The notes: generated by a model from the sequence alone, not told the origin. A stretch of DNA of 64,000 nucleotides from Candidatus Algichlamydia australiensis (GCA_033977065.1 JAXCHI010000003.1:576001-640000), one strand, 5' to 3'. Shown: positions 9,678-20,655, counted from the first letter of the stretch. Numbers and translations: made by a program.

Positions 9678-10340
9678 TTATTTAGATTTACTCAAGTAAC
9701 CATTCAAAATGGCAATGTTTTCATCATTTTTTATTTGCTTTTCATCAATCAAAACAACATCTTTTGGATCTTGGTTTGTATGCATTACTATTTGATTTTT
9801 CTCATTAATAGAAACAAATGCTTTACCTCTATTTGAGAATGCAACTTCGAATGTGCCATTGTTATGGGTTACTCTGGTTCCTCTTCTTCTTGCAGGTTCG
9901 TTTTTAGTAGTGTCTACAGCAATTCTTGAAAAAAGGCTTTCAAGCATAAATTCTTGAGAAACGTTACCAAAAGCAGATGTATCACCAGTTGCTGCATTAA
10001 GCCCCATTTCTGCTAAACTTTTAATATTTTCAGCTCTTTCATCAAAACCATAAGAGGTGTCTACAGCAGTATCTTGGATTCCCATTTCTGCCAAGATTCG
10101 TACAGATTCTTCATCTGTTCTATTTTGAGCAGAGCTCTTATTGTACAAACGGCAAGCATAGACTGCCCCGCCGATAAGAGCAAATGCTGTTAGTGCAACT
10201 ACTCCTACAGCCATTGCTGTTTTTTTATCTACATTTGAAAGAGTCTTTAGAAGATCTTCCTTGCTGTTTGGAATAAGTGCTTTTGCTTGATCTAATAGTT
10301 GTAAGTTTTTAAAATAATTTATTCTACCTTCTAGCATCAT
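9678..10340 (-). CDS. Hypothetical single-TM protein
   Basis: 220 aa, TM after VDKKT, internal repeat LAEMG...DTS twice. Confidence 0.65.
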   Translation of the reverse strand: MMLEGRINYFKNLQLLDQAKALIPNSKEDLLKTLSNVDKKTAMAVGVVALTAFALIGGAVYACRLYNKSSAQNRTDEESVRILAEMGIQDTAVDTSYGFDERAENIKSLAEMGLNAATGDTSAFGNVSQEFMLESLFSRIAVDTTKNEPARRRGTRVTHNNGTFEVAFSNRGKAFVSINEKNQIVMHTNQDPKDVVLIDEKQIKNDENIAILNGYLSKSK

Positions 10341-10413
10341 TTAACCTTAGTTTAATTAATTAACTAATGTAATTATAAATAATCTTAGAATTAATATAAA
10401 TATAAAATATTTT

Positions 10414-10614
10414 TTATATTTCGGTGTTGATGCAATTAAAGTCTAATTGTTTGTCCATGTAGTAAGCAGTAGCGAGAGCTAATGCACCGATAAGGGCAAT
10501 AACTGCACCTGCGAATAGGGCTGTCTTTTTGTCTACTGAAGAGTGTGTATCTAAAATAATTTCTTTATACGATGAGTCAGATACTGTTTGGTTGATTAAT
10601 TTTTGTACGCCCAT
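10414..10614 (-). CDS. Small single-TM protein, paralogous to the N-terminus of 9678-10340
   Basis: VDKKTALFAGAVIALIGALALATAYY versus VDKKTAMAVGVVALTAFALIGGAVY; RBS AGAGGA upstream. Confidence 0.55.
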   Translation of the reverse strand: MGVQKLINQTVSDSSYKEIILDTHSSVDKKTALFAGAVIALIGALALATAYYMDKQLDFNCINTEI

Positions 10615-10642
10615 TTAACTATCCTCTGTTTATCTTAGATAG

Positions 10643-10771
10643 GCATACAACCATCTTATTTTTCATGTTTGGGCTCCATTTTTGTGCTCAAATGAAGCGG
10701 AATTTACAAATTCAGCTTCAATTTCCGCACAAAAATAAGCTGCAAACATGAAAAATAAGATGGTTGTATGC
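10643..10771. repeat. 129 bp fold-back palindromic element (MITE-like)
   Basis: Perfect 29 bp inverted repeat gcatacaaccatcttatttttcatgtttg / caaacatgaaaaataagatggttgtatgc, with imperfect pairing continuing to the centre. Confidence 0.85.
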
Positions 10772-10824
10772 TTTTGACGACACTATCTTAGTGATATTCT
10801 ATATTAAGAAAGGATTGTCAAAAA

Positions 10825-11988
10825 CTAAAAGAAAGATTTTACTTTTTCAAAAAAAGATTTTTTCTTTGGGGAGTTTTGCGGACCTTCCAGCTTTTGAAAT
10901 TTGGTGAGAAGCTCTTTCTGTTCGCTATTGAGGTGAACAGGGGTTTCAATATGGAGTTGGATAAGGAGGTCTCCGCTTCCTTGTCCATGGACGTTGGGGA
11001 CGCCTTTGCCACGAACGCGCAGGACTTTACCTGGCTGGGAACCTTCGGGAATGGTGAGGAGGTAGGAGCCGTCGAGGGGAGTTGGAATCTCTTTTTTAAT
11101 ACCAAGTGTTGCTTCGGTGAAGGTGATTGGCAGGTCGAGGATGATATCGTCTCCTTCGCGAACGAAAAATTCGTGTGACTTGACTTCGATGTAAACAAAG
11201 AGGTCGCCCGCGGGGCCGCCGTTAACGCCGGCGTCGCCGTGACCGCTCATTTTTAGGCGCATACCGCTATCGATTCCAGCAGGGATGGGCACCTTGACTT
11301 GCTCTTTTGTTTTAATGCGTCCTGCACCGTGACAATCAGGACATGGAGCTGTGATAATGCGTCCTGCGCCATGGCAATCGGGGCAGGTTGTGGGCATGCT
11401 AAAGAAGCCGCGCGACTGGTGGACTTGGCCGTGGCCACCACATGTGGTGCATGTCTTAATATCAGAAGGGGATTTGGCTCCGCTGCCGTCGCAGGTTTTG
11501 CAGTTGGTGTAGTTGGTGATGGCAAGTTCTTTTTCTACACCTTTGAGGGCTTCATTAAAGGTAATGTGGACTGTTACTCGTTTGCTGGTTCCTTTTTGTG
11601 GGGCATCTGCAGCATTCATACCGCCACCACCGCCACCGCCAAAAATGTTTTCAAAGAAGTCAGCACCGCCACCGCCGCCACCTTGGCCGCCAAAGGCGCC
11701 CATAAATGTGCGTAGCGCTTCTTCCATTGAAGGAAATCCCTGCGCGCCAGCCCCACCGCCCATACCGCCTTGAAAGGCGCTTTTGCCGTACTGATCGTAC
11801 ATGCGGCGCTTCTGATCATCGCTTAAAATTTCGTAAGCTTCTGAGATCTCTTTAAACTTTTTTTCCGCTTCACTATCGTCAGGGTTTTTGTCAGGATGGT
11901 ATTTAAGCGCGAGTTTGCGATATGCTTTTTTGATTTCACTATCTGTCGCGTTCTTCTGGACTCCGAGGATGTTGTAATAATCTGACAT
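10825..11988 (-). CDS. dnaJ: Chaperone DnaJ
   Basis: J-domain HPD, G/F-rich region, four CxxCxGxG repeats. Confidence 0.98.
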   Translation of the reverse strand: MSDYYNILGVQKNATDSEIKKAYRKLALKYHPDKNPDDSEAEKKFKEISEAYEILSDDQKRRMYDQYGKSAFQGGMGGGAGAQGFPSMEEALRTFMGAFGGQGGGGGGADFFENIFGGGGGGGMNAADAPQKGTSKRVTVHITFNEALKGVEKELAITNYTNCKTCDGSGAKSPSDIKTCTTCGGHGQVHQSRGFFSMPTTCPDCHGAGRIITAPCPDCHGAGRIKTKEQVKVPIPAGIDSGMRLKMSGHGDAGVNGGPAGDLFVYIEVKSHEFFVREGDDIILDLPITFTEATLGIKKEIPTPLDGSYLLTIPEGSQPGKVLRVRGKGVPNVHGQGSGDLLIQLHIETPVHLNSEQKELLTKFQKLEGPQNSPKKKSFFEKVKSFF

Positions 11989-11991
11989 AGG

Positions 11992-12024
11992 AAAAAATGG
12001 AGCAGCTTGGGCACCCCAAGCTGC
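11992..12024 (-). terminator. Hairpin terminator or attenuator between rpsU and dnaJ
   Basis: 10 bp stem gcagcttggg / cccaagctgc followed on the minus strand by TCCATTTTTT. Confidence 0.6.
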
Positions 12025-12033
12025 ATTTGTGAT

Positions 12034-12216
12034 TTAACGATTTTTCTTTTTATATTTCAGCGCATTCTTAGACTTTTCGCGAGCGCTGTCTGAAGGTTTT
12101 GAGTGGTAGCGTTTCTTCTTGACAGCCTTCAAAATTCCTTCTTTATCAACTTTTTTCTTTAAAGCTCTAAGGGCTTTGTCAATCGGTTCGCCATTGCGTA
12201 CCTTTACCGAGGTCAT
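12034..12216 (-). CDS. rpsU: 30S ribosomal protein S21
   Basis: [24 protein letters not shown]...KPS; next to dnaJ as in Chlamydia. Confidence 0.97.
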   Translation of the reverse strand: MTSVKVRNGEPIDKALRALKKKVDKEGILKAVKKKRYHSKPSDSAREKSKNALKYKKKNR

Positions 12217-12310
12217 TTAATCACATCCTTTCATCGTTATCGGTTTATGGATTAATTCTAACAGGTCAGGGGTTAATAATCAAAGGGGGCGCAAGGAAAG
12301 TCTGAGTTGT

Positions 12311-12865
12311 TCAGATCTTCCGCAGGTACGGTAGCTTGAGCTCTTTCCAGGTAATTTTTTTCTTAGATGATGCCCGCAAAGCAACTGTTTGGGGAGAGAA
12401 GGGCTGCAAATTTAAATTATGTTTTTGCGCAAGAAGGGGATCAGGTGTGTAAAGAGGCAGGTTTTGCGGCAAATTGTTAGGAGTGATCAACTCAGGTTCA
12501 TCGGCTTGAAGGAGATAGAGGTAACCCGCTTTGGCGTCGGTGATTACGGCTCCACTCTCTTCGTGTAGAGAGCCTTCCAAAGAGCAGAAGGGGATGAGGG
12601 GGATATTGTGGGTGAAGCTTAAGGTTTTAGCAACCATAGCTCCGATACGCGTACCGGTAAACGCTCCAGGTCCGATGCCTATAAGAATATTTTGAACCTC
12701 TTCTAGTGTTACATGGTTTTTTTGAAAAAGGGTGGAAAGTTGCGGCAAAAGTTCTTGAGATTGGCGCTTTGGTGGAACAATTTCACAAAAAGCTATGACA
12801 CTCTTCTCTCGTATCAGAGCAAGATATCCAATCTCTCCACTTGTTTCTATTAACAAATCCATCAT
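12311..12865 (-). CDS. tsaB: tRNA threonylcarbamoyladenosine biosynthesis protein TsaB
   Basis: LLIETS, GIGPGAFTGTRIG, DAK motifs. Confidence 0.92.
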   Translation of the reverse strand: MMDLLIETSGEIGYLALIREKSVIAFCEIVPPKRQSQELLPQLSTLFQKNHVTLEEVQNILIGIGPGAFTGTRIGAMVAKTLSFTHNIPLIPFCSLEGSLHEESGAVITDAKAGYLYLLQADEPELITPNNLPQNLPLYTPDPLLAQKHNLNLQPFSPQTVALRASSKKKITWKELKLPYLRKI

Positions 12866-12898
12866 AATAGAGATATTGTAGCATAAAGGAGGTATTCA

Positions 12899-15370
12899 AT
12901 GCCTCCGCAAACGGAGAATAGGCACGAAATGAGTTTGGATGACGAAAACCAGATTGATACAAATTCTTTGATGGATATTGGAGGAGATGAGGCATCAGAA
13001 GAGGTGCTGCTTCCCACGAGTCACTATCCAGATGATCTCTTTATTTTACCTCTTACTCGGCGTCCCTTTTTCCCAGGTATGGCGGCACCTCTTGTGATTG
13101 AGCCAGGTCCCTACTATGAAGTTTTGAAAATGGTTGCTAAGTCAGAGCACAAACTGCTAGGGCTTTTTATGACCAAGCAGGAAGATGTAGATATCTATAA
13201 GTTGAGAATTTCTGATTTTTACCGCGTTGGGGTTGTGGCGCGTATTTTGCGCATCATTCCCATTGATCAAGGAGGCGCACAAGTTATTCTCAACATGGAG
13301 AAGCGTATCAAGATCAAAAAGAGTGCCAAAAAAGGGCCCCATCTTGCTGCGCAAGTCTCTTATCATGATGATCCTTCTGCAAAAGAGGCGAAGATCATTA
13401 AGGCCTACACGATTAGCATTATTACAACGATTAAAGAGCTGCTTAAGCTCAACCCGCTTTTTAAAGAGGAGCTACAGGTCTTCTTGGGGCACTCTGATTT
13501 TACAGAGCCGGGCAAGCTGGCCGATTTTGCAGTCGCTCTAACAACGGCAACGCGCGAAGAGTTACAAAAAGTTTTGGAGAGCTTGAATCTGCAAGAGCGC
13601 ATTGACCGCGCGCTTGTTTTGCTTAAAAAAGAGCTAGATCTTTCCAAGCTGCAGAGCAGCATTAATCAAAAAATTGAGGCGTCGGTCTCCAAGACACAGC
13701 GCGAATTTTTTCTGCGCGAGCAACTCAAGGCGATTAAGAAAGAGCTTGGCATGGAAAAGGATGAGAAGAGCTCAGATCGCGCCAAGTTTGAAGAGCGATT
13801 GAAGGATAAAAAAGTTCCCGAAGATGTCAACAAGGTCATCAATGATGAACTCGAAAAGTTAAATTTCTTGGAAATTCAGTCGGCTGAGTACTCGGTTGTG
13901 CGCAACTATCTCGACTGGCTCACGATCATTCCTTGGGGAGTGATGAGTCCTGAAAAGCATGATTTGAAACATGCGCAGAAAATTTTGGACGAAGATCACT
14001 ACGGCTTGAAAGATGTGAAAGAGCGCATTTTAGAATTTATTAGTGTGGGGAAACTTTCAGGCGGCGTGAAGGGGAGTATCATCTGTTTTGTTGGCCCTCC
14101 GGGTGTAGGGAAAACAAGCGTTGGCAAAAGTATTGCGCGTGCGCTCAATCGCAAGTTTTTCCGTTTCTCTGTTGGTGGCATGCGCGATGAAGCGGAGATC
14201 AAAGGGCATAGGCGTACTTATGTGGGCGCGATGCCAGGCAAGATGGTGCAGGCGCTAAAGCACGCTGATACAATGAACCCTGTCATCATGATTGATGAAA
14301 TTGATAAGATGGGAGCGAGTTACCAAGGAGATCCCGCATCGGCCATGTTGGAGGTTCTTGATCCTGAGCAAAATATCGATTTTCTTGATCACTATTTGGA
14401 TGTGCGCACCGATCTGTCAAATGTACTTTTTATTACTACAGCCAACGTTCTCGATACAATTCCGGGACCGCTGCGTGACCGGATGGATGTCATCAAACTT
14501 TCCGGCTATATCATGGAAGAAAAAGTGGAGATTGCGCATCGCTATCTTATCCCAAAACATCGCGGTGAGATGGGTCTTAAGCCTAGTGATGTCGCATTTA
14601 CAAAAGATGGAATCCGCGAAATCATCAATGGTTATGCGCGCGAATCTGGAGTACGCTCACTTGAAAAAAACATCAAAAAGATTTTAAGAAAAGTCGCGGT
14701 TGAGGTAGTGAAAGGCAAGGCTAAAAAGAAGATATCGATTTCTAAAACAAGTCTTGCCAAGTACTTGGGCAAACCGATTTTTACGTCGGATCGCTTTTAC
14801 AAAAAAACACCTCCAGGGGTAACCATGGGCCTTGCCTGGACTTCAATGGGCGGTGCCACTCTCTACGTTGAGGCAGTAAAAAATCCTTCAGAAAAGACCT
14901 TGATGAAGCTAACAGGGCAAGCAGGCGATGTGATGAAGGAGTCTTCGCAGATCGCTTGGAGCTTTTTGATGAGCAGGGGTGATGCTTACTTTCCTAAAAA
15001 GAAATTCTTTGAAAAGAGCGAAGTGCACCTCCATATTCCTGAAGGAGCGACACCCAAAGATGGGCCCTCAGCAGGGATTACGATGGTGACCTCCATGCTC
15101 TCACTTCTGCTTGATAAGCCCGTTCGTGAAGATTTAGCCATGACAGGCGAGGTCACGCTCACAGGAAAAGTGCTTCCCATTGGTGGTGTAAAAGAGAAAC
15201 TTATTGCTGCGCGCCGCTCCAAAGCAAAGACTTTGATTTTTCCCGAGGAAAATCGTCGGGACTATGAAGAGCTTCCCACTTATTTGAAAAAGGGGTTGAA
15301 AGTAAATTTTGTGAGCCACTACGATGACGTCTTTAAAGTTGCTTTTCCTAAAAAAAGAGGAAAGAAATGA
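12899..15370 (+). CDS. lon: ATP-dependent protease La
   Basis: [29 protein letters not shown]. True start may be ATG 12929. Confidence 0.98.
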   Translation: MPPQTENRHEMSLDDENQIDTNSLMDIGGDEASEEVLLPTSHYPDDLFILPLTRRPFFPGMAAPLVIEPGPYYEVLKMVAKSEHKLLGLFMTKQEDVDIYKLRISDFYRVGVVARILRIIPIDQGGAQVILNMEKRIKIKKSAKKGPHLAAQVSYHDDPSAKEAKIIKAYTISIITTIKELLKLNPLFKEELQVFLGHSDFTEPGKLADFAVALTTATREELQKVLESLNLQERIDRALVLLKKELDLSKLQSSINQKIEASVSKTQREFFLREQLKAIKKELGMEKDEKSSDRAKFEERLKDKKVPEDVNKVINDELEKLNFLEIQSAEYSVVRNYLDWLTIIPWGVMSPEKHDLKHAQKILDEDHYGLKDVKERILEFISVGKLSGGVKGSIICFVGPPGVGKTSVGKSIARALNRKFFRFSVGGMRDEAEIKGHRRTYVGAMPGKMVQALKHADTMNPVIMIDEIDKMGASYQGDPASAMLEVLDPEQNIDFLDHYLDVRTDLSNVLFITTANVLDTIPGPLRDRMDVIKLSGYIMEEKVEIAHRYLIPKHRGEMGLKPSDVAFTKDGIREIINGYARESGVRSLEKNIKKILRKVAVEVVKGKAKKKISISKTSLAKYLGKPIFTSDRFYKKTPPGVTMGLAWTSMGGATLYVEAVKNPSEKTLMKLTGQAGDVMKESSQIAWSFLMSRGDAYFPKKKFFEKSEVHLHIPEGATPKDGPSAGITMVTSMLSLLLDKPVREDLAMTGEVTLTGKVLPIGGVKEKLIAARRSKAKTLIFPEENRRDYEELPTYLKKGLKVNFVSHYDDVFKVAFPKKRGKK

Positions 15371-15861
15371 GTTTCGAAGAGCAGGCACAAAAAAAGATTG
15401 TGGATCGAAAAAAATTGGGAGATTGGGCCGATGCCATGCGACTCGAAGGACGCACTATTGCGACGATCAATGGCTCGTTTGATCTTTTGCATGCAGGTCA
15501 CTTAGAAATTCTTTTTGAAGCGTCTCTCCAAGCAGATCAACTGCTTGTGCTGCTGAACACGGACGAATCTATCAAGAATTACAAAGGAGCTGATCGCCCG
15601 CTTATACCGCTGAAATATCGCCAGCAAATGGTGGCTGCATTGACTTTTGTTGACTACGTCTCCTCATTTTCAGAATCCGATCCATGCAAAGTTTTAGAGG
15701 TTATTCGCCCGCATGTACATATCAATGGCAGTGAGTATGGCGATGATTGCATTGAAGCTGAGACCGTAAAAAAAGGTGGGGGAAAACTGCATCTTTTTGC
15801 GCGTATTCCAGGACTTTCTACCAGTACCATTTTAGAAAAAATGAGGATGACATGCGTTTAG
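15367..15861 (+). CDS. Nucleotidyltransferase, RfaE domain II-like (heptose-1-phosphate adenylyltransferase family)
   Basis: TINGSFDLLHAGH, NTDESIKNYKGADRP, GLSTS. Confidence 0.85.
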   Translation: MSFEEQAQKKIVDRKKLGDWADAMRLEGRTIATINGSFDLLHAGHLEILFEASLQADQLLVLLNTDESIKNYKGADRPLIPLKYRQQMVAALTFVDYVSSFSESDPCKVLEVIRPHVHINGSEYGDDCIEAETVKKGGGKLHLFARIPGLSTSTILEKMRMTCV

Positions 15862-16943
15862 TAGGAGAATTTTCAAATGAGTTGGATGCGCAAGTTTTTT
15901 CTGGGTTTTTAACCCGTCGCGGCATCAAGAGTAAACCGGAAGGAGCCGCTGTTTGGGTTGAAGATGAAGAGATGCATGCGGATGCGCTCGACCACTACCA
16001 ACATTTTGTCATGCATCCACAAGATGCGCGTTATGAAGTCGTACGCTCTGGGTTACTTGCCGTGCCAAAAGAAAAAATTAAGCCACAAGTTGCTCCCCCT
16101 GTGAAGAAACAGACCCCTATTACGACTTTTATTATCCTCCTATGCACAGCGCTCTTTTTTTGGCAGCTGATGCAGCGTATGGAGATGAGTCCAGTGAGTA
16201 TGCAAGTGAAAGATACAGTTGCTCTTACGCCTATTGAGGGCGCTCTTCTCTATGACTATCCTGAAGCTTTCGCCTATGCCACAGAACTTTTTGAGATAAC
16301 AGCAATCAAACAACCTGAAGAGTTACAAAATCTCCCGCCAAAAGAGGCAGAACTCTGGAATAAAGCGACTACCACGCCCTATTGGCAAGGGATCTACGAC
16401 ATCATCCTCAAATGGCCTGAGGCAAATGATCAATTCAATCTGCCGATGTTTGTGAAGATCCGTGCAGGAGAGATCTACCGCACAATTACACCAATTGTGA
16501 TGCATGGCGGCTTTCTGCATATTCTCTTCAACATGCTTTGGCTTTTTCTACTTGGCAGAATGGTGGAAGAGCGCATTGGTGTCGCGCGTTACCTCGCTCT
16601 GTCGCTTATTGTGGCTATTGTCTCTAACACAGTGCAATATCTCATGAGTGGTCCCGCCTTTCTCGGCTACTCGGGTGTCATCACAGGTCTTGCTGGCTTC
16701 ATCTGGTATCGCCAGCGCAAAGCGCCTTGGGAAGGTTACCCTTTGCAAAAAGCGACTGCGATCTTTCTTGGTGTCTTTATTTTTGGCATGATGGGCTTCC
16801 AAATTGTTCTTTTTATCTTGCAGCGCTTTTTTCAAATTGAGTGGAACTTGCGAATTGCTAACTCCGCTCACGTTGTGGGTGCCTTAGTTGGTATCTTCCT
16901 CGCCCGCTTTCCTCTTTTTACCAAACAGCGAGCAAAAAAATGA
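15852..16943 (+). CDS. Rhomboid intramembrane serine protease (GlpG-like)
   Basis: HILFNM, GYSG catalytic Ser, AHVVG catalytic His, N-terminal soluble domain. Confidence 0.92.
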   Translation: MRLVGEFSNELDAQVFSGFLTRRGIKSKPEGAAVWVEDEEMHADALDHYQHFVMHPQDARYEVVRSGLLAVPKEKIKPQVAPPVKKQTPITTFIILLCTALFFWQLMQRMEMSPVSMQVKDTVALTPIEGALLYDYPEAFAYATELFEITAIKQPEELQNLPPKEAELWNKATTTPYWQGIYDIILKWPEANDQFNLPMFVKIRAGEIYRTITPIVMHGGFLHILFNMLWLFLLGRMVEERIGVARYLALSLIVAIVSNTVQYLMSGPAFLGYSGVITGLAGFIWYRQRKAPWEGYPLQKATAIFLGVFIFGMMGFQIVLFILQRFFQIEWNLRIANSAHVVGALVGIFLARFPLFTKQRAKK

Positions 16944-17845
16944 GCGTGCGAGATCTGACCATTCTCGGATGCTCCTCCCAGCATCCCACTCGTCTGCGTA
17001 ACCACGGCGCCTATCTTCTTCGCTGGAATGAAGAGGGTTTCCTGTTTGATCCAGGCGAAGGCACTCAGCGTCAATTTATCTTTGCAGAAATCGCCCCACC
17101 AACCGTTACGCGCATCCTTATCAGCCACTTTCACGGCGACCACTGTCTCGGTCTTGGCTCTATGCTTATGCGCCTCAATCTCGATCGCGTCAACCACCCC
17201 ATTCACTGCTACTATCCTGCATCGGGAAAAAAATACTTTGACCGCCTGCGCTACGGTACGATCTATCACGAAGCGATTGAAGTTATCGAACACCCCATTA
17301 AAGAAGGGGGCGTGGTTCATGACGATGGCAAATTCAAAATTGAAGCGCAGTTTCTCAAACATGGTGTAGACAATGTCGGCTATCGCATCACCGAAGCGGA
17401 TACACGTAAATACGACAAAGAAAAACTCAAAAAACTCGGTATCCAGGGCGAGCGCATGCGCGCCTTTGTAAAGGATGAGAAAATTACCATCGGTGATAAA
17501 ACCATTCAACTAGATGACGTAAGCTGGATCCGTAAAGGCGATACCTTTGCCTCTGTTATCGACACCCGTATCTGTCCCGCAGCTGTGGAGATTGCTCGCA
17601 ATGCTAAAATGCTTCTTTGCGAGGCGACCTACCTTGAAGAGCATAGAGAGTTAGCTCACAACTACTTTCATATGACCGCGAAACAGGCGGCGCAAATTTC
17701 TAAAGACGCCAACGTGGAGCAGCTAATCATGACTCACTTTTCCGCACGCTACCGCGATATTGAACCCTTTGAAAAGCAAGCGCGCGAGATCTTTCCCAAC
17801 GCTTTCGCCGCTGACGACTTCAAACGCTTCCCTTTCCCTCGATGA
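16940..17845 (+). CDS. rnz: Ribonuclease Z
   Basis: [35 protein letters not shown]. Confidence 0.95.
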   Translation: MSVRDLTILGCSSQHPTRLRNHGAYLLRWNEEGFLFDPGEGTQRQFIFAEIAPPTVTRILISHFHGDHCLGLGSMLMRLNLDRVNHPIHCYYPASGKKYFDRLRYGTIYHEAIEVIEHPIKEGGVVHDDGKFKIEAQFLKHGVDNVGYRITEADTRKYDKEKLKKLGIQGERMRAFVKDEKITIGDKTIQLDDVSWIRKGDTFASVIDTRICPAAVEIARNAKMLLCEATYLEEHRELAHNYFHMTAKQAAQISKDANVEQLIMTHFSARYRDIEPFEKQAREIFPNAFAADDFKRFPFPR

Positions 17846-18141
17846 AAAACAAAATGAGACCCATACACCCAGGCGAAATTCTAAAGAAAGAATTAGATGA
17901 AGTAGGATTGCTAGTAAATATTTTAGCGCAGAAGTTGTCGCTATCGGTAGATCAAATGCTTTCCATTCTCAGTAGTAAGACTCCAATTACGCGAAAAATA
18001 GCTACGGGGCTATCTCGATTTTTTGGAACTTCGCCTCAGTTTTGGCTAAACTTGCAGTCATCTTACAATTTGAAAGTTGCCCTTAGAGAAAAGGGCAAAG
18101 AGATCGAAAAAGAAGTCCTTCCTCGTAAAGATGGAGCTTAA
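17842..18141 (+). CDS. higA: HigA-family antitoxin (HTH), no adjacent toxin
   Basis: RPIHPGEIL...[18 protein letters not shown]. Confidence 0.88.
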   Translation: MKNKMRPIHPGEILKKELDEVGLLVNILAQKLSLSVDQMLSILSSKTPITRKIATGLSRFFGTSPQFWLNLQSSYNLKVALREKGKEIEKEVLPRKDGA

Positions 18142-18283
18142 AATTCTGAGTGGTAAGTATCCAATCAATCAATAGATTAAAATTATTTTTAATAATAAAA
18201 TAAATAATTTAAAAAAATATTTCTATTTTTATTATTTTTTTGCTATAATATATCTGAGCTTTTTAAACTCCCAGGGAGGAATT

Positions 18284-18691
18284 ATGTCAGTAAACTATCA
18301 AAATCCTTTTATAAGAGGCTATCAAGATCCTATTGTAAAAGGCCTTGCCTATTCTGCAGCGGGATTTAATGGGGTTGTTGGACTAGCTGGACTAGCGTTT
18401 CAATTAAGAGATGGGAATCGAGAGCAGGCAGTACGAGGTATAGAAGGTCCTATAACTCGCAACATAGGAGAAAAGACAGGAAAATTTGTAGGGAGATGTG
18501 CCAGGAGAGTAGAAATTTTTTCTATTCCTTTTATCCTCAATCTCGGACTAGCCATTTCATCTCCATTTCTTTCAGCTCGAACGAATCTTCTTCTAAATGG
18601 GTCTGTTGCACTAGTAAATTTAATTGGACTATACATGCTTGATTCGGCTCTGGGTTCGATGTGTTGTGGTGGTTCCGATGGGCCGTATTAA
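18284..18691 (+). CDS. Small hydrophobic hypothetical protein (about 3 TM)
   Basis: RBS GGGAGGA and TATAAT upstream; three hydrophobic segments. Confidence 0.65.
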   Translation: MSVNYQNPFIRGYQDPIVKGLAYSAAGFNGVVGLAGLAFQLRDGNREQAVRGIEGPITRNIGEKTGKFVGRCARRVEIFSIPFILNLGLAISSPFLSARTNLLLNGSVALVNLIGLYMLDSALGSMCCGGSDGPY

Positions 18692-18721
18692 GTGTATTAA
18701 CTATTTTGTTTTTTGATGATT

Positions 18722-18963
18722 TTATGGACTTCTGAAGAGATTTCTGCAATTTCGCTCAAAATCAAATCTGTTTGCTCGCTATTTACCAGGATCTGTTTTA
18801 AGACCTGTGAGAGTAGCGAGCTTTCTTTTTCCTGATACTCGCTGCTTGAAACAGAGAGGCTTCATGATCATTCAGGGCAAAAGGCAGAGCAACCCAATTC
18901 CAAATCAATAGGGTCGTCTGCTTTTTTAGAGTTTTTACGCAAATCAAAGAGAAGTAAAATCAA
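18722..18963 (-). pseudogene. Degenerate, internally deleted copy of the 19444-19860 gene
   Basis: Long near-identical blocks with 19463-19805 (agacctgtgagagtag, ctttctttttcctgatactc, caattccaaatcaa, gcaaatcaaagagaagtaaaatcaa) with small and large deletions. Confidence 0.85.
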
Positions 18964-19093
18964 AAAGATACAGATTGAAATTTTAAGTAGTAAGTTTTGA
19001 AGAAGTTAATGACATAAAAATCATTTACATTGTTTTCATTTATCAATCCCTTTATAATTGAAGGGAATAAAAATTAAACAATTTGAGGGAAGT

Positions 19094-19409
19094 ATGTCAA
19101 CACAATGTACAATTGCTGCATTTAATGGGCTTGTTGGTTTAGCTGCATTAGGCGCTACAATCGGTGGAATCAAAAAATGGTGGTACTAAAATAAACGGTA
19201 CTGAAAATAAAACGATTGATCTTAGCCGTCGTCTATTATTAGCGGAGTCATTTTTTCTTATGGGAGCGTCAATAGTAGGTGGTCTACCTTGCAAAGTGGG
19301 TTCAAATATAACTTTAATTGGGGGGTTCGTTTCTGGAATGACTATTGTTTCTCTTGCAAAGTATACTATGGTGTATCCATCTAATATCCAACAAGGAAAA
19401 CAAAGCTAA
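19094..19409 (+). pseudogene. Frameshifted paralogue of the 18284-18691 membrane protein
   Basis: ATG 19094 gives MSTQCTIAAFNGLVGLAALG (compare AAGFNGVVGLAGLA) and stops at 19189; removing one A from the A6 run at 19172-19177 joins it to the 19164-19409 frame. Confidence 0.6.
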
Positions 19410-19443
19410 CTTTTGGTGCTGTTTTTAGACGAGGCGACTACAA

Positions 19444-19860
19444 TTAGTGATTTCCGATAATCTTATGGATTTCAGAGGAGATCTCTGTAATATCACCCAA
19501 AATCAAGTCAGTTTGCTCGCTATTTGCCAGGATTTGTTTTAAGACCTGTGAGAGTAGTGAGCTTTCTTTTTCCTGATACTCACGCGCTGCTTGGAAAAGA
19601 GAGGCCTCATGATCGTTAAGGGCAAAGGGAAGAGCAAGCCAATTCCAAATCAAATGAGCATCATAAGAGAGAGACTCATCCGAAGTCTTTTCTGTTTCTT
19701 TCGAAATTTTTTCTAATTCAATGCAGATTTCTGAAGTCTCTTTAAGGATGTTAGGGTCGTTTGCTTTTTTAGGGTTTTTGCGCAAATCAAAGAGAAGTAA
19801 AATCAATTTATCTAAAGATTGGGAAAAATGTTTCTCTTGTTCCATACTTGCATGATGCAC
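19444..19860 (-). CDS. Hypothetical helical protein
   Basis: 138 aa ORF; a decayed duplicate lies at 18722-18963. Confidence 0.65.
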   Translation of the reverse strand: MHHASMEQEKHFSQSLDKLILLLFDLRKNPKKANDPNILKETSEICIELEKISKETEKTSDESLSYDAHLIWNWLALPFALNDHEASLFQAAREYQEKESSLLSQVLKQILANSEQTDLILGDITEISSEIHKIIGNH

Positions 19861-19887
19861 GAGAAACTCATTTTCTCAAAAACATTA

Positions 19888-20271
19888 TTAAGCACTATCT
19901 CGAAATTTCTCAATTCCTTCGTCAATTAGATTATCAATCGTTTTACTAATAGATTTTTTCCAATTTCGAGCTAATTTTGCTATGTGATAATGCCGTTCTT
20001 GCGTAGTGCGGTAGGCAATATTTCCTTTGAATTTTTCTTTTTGAATTGGCACAGGAACAGGTTCACCATTTTTTAGATAAAGATAAATGGCAGCCTCGAT
20101 GGCCTCTTTGATATTTTCCATTGCTTCTTCAACTGTGTCACCATCGGTACAAACGCCTGGTAATTCGTTCACACGAACAATAAAATAGGTGGTACCATCT
20201 TGCTTTTCTGTTTCAATGGTATAGGTCCAATTGAGATTGATATAGTAGTTTATTTCTTTTTTAGTAACCAT
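19888..20271 (-). CDS. hicB: HicB-family antitoxin
   Basis: VNELPGVCTDGDTVEEAMENIKEAI...GEPVPVP; start ATG 20271 overlaps the reconstructed hicA stop. Confidence 0.88.
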   Translation of the reverse strand: MVTKKEINYYINLNWTYTIETEKQDGTTYFIVRVNELPGVCTDGDTVEEAMENIKEAIEAAIYLYLKNGEPVPVPIQKEKFKGNIAYRTTQERHYHIAKLARNWKKSISKTIDNLIDEGIEKFRDSA

Positions 20272-20655
20272 GATCGCGTAACACCTCCTCGAGGGAACAC
20301 TGAACAACTCAGACTTTTTAATAAGGCTCTAAGAATTGGACCAAATCGGTTTTTCGAACTCGCTAACTCTTCAGGAGTTAGCTCCGTTTTCCAAAACCAA
20401 TTTTGCCTCAATTTTTAAAACCTTATTAAAAAGAGCAGTTGTTCACTGTCTCCCTAGGTCCCTTATTTGATAGGGTAATAATTGTGGGCGACATTTCAAG
20501 GAAATATTTTTTGGGTAGCCAGTTTTCCTATAAATGTGATGAGAGCCACTAACTTTTTTTTCAAAGCCCAGTCTGAACAGTATCTTCTCTGCTTCAGGAA
20601 AGGTAACACTGTTTCCCAATAGTATCTTTTCAATAAGTTTCTCAATCTTGCTCAC
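20261..20655 (-). pseudogene. hicA: HicA-family toxin interrupted near its C-terminus by a 160 bp element
   Basis: LFRLGF...SGSHHIYRK...LLPYQIRDL; removing the element and one target-site copy restores ...DLEEVLRDHGY* ending at 20261. Confidence 0.82.
20294..20453. mobile_element. 160 bp fold-back MITE inserted in hicA
   Basis: Imperfect terminal inverted repeats (tgaacaact / agttgttca, ctttttaataagg / ccttattaaaaag); flanked on the minus strand by CTAG and CTCG (4 bp duplication, one mismatch). Confidence 0.82.

Noticed and set aside
16868..17509. 213 aa ORF antisense to rnz, and similar shadow ORFs inside lon, dnaJ, the SNF2 gene and T3SS genes
   Set aside because: They lie almost entirely over well-supported genes and carry no motifs.
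20272..20307. Track start of hicB at 20307
   Set aside because: It begins inside the MITE and crosses the displaced hicA tail; ATG 20271 is the coupled start.
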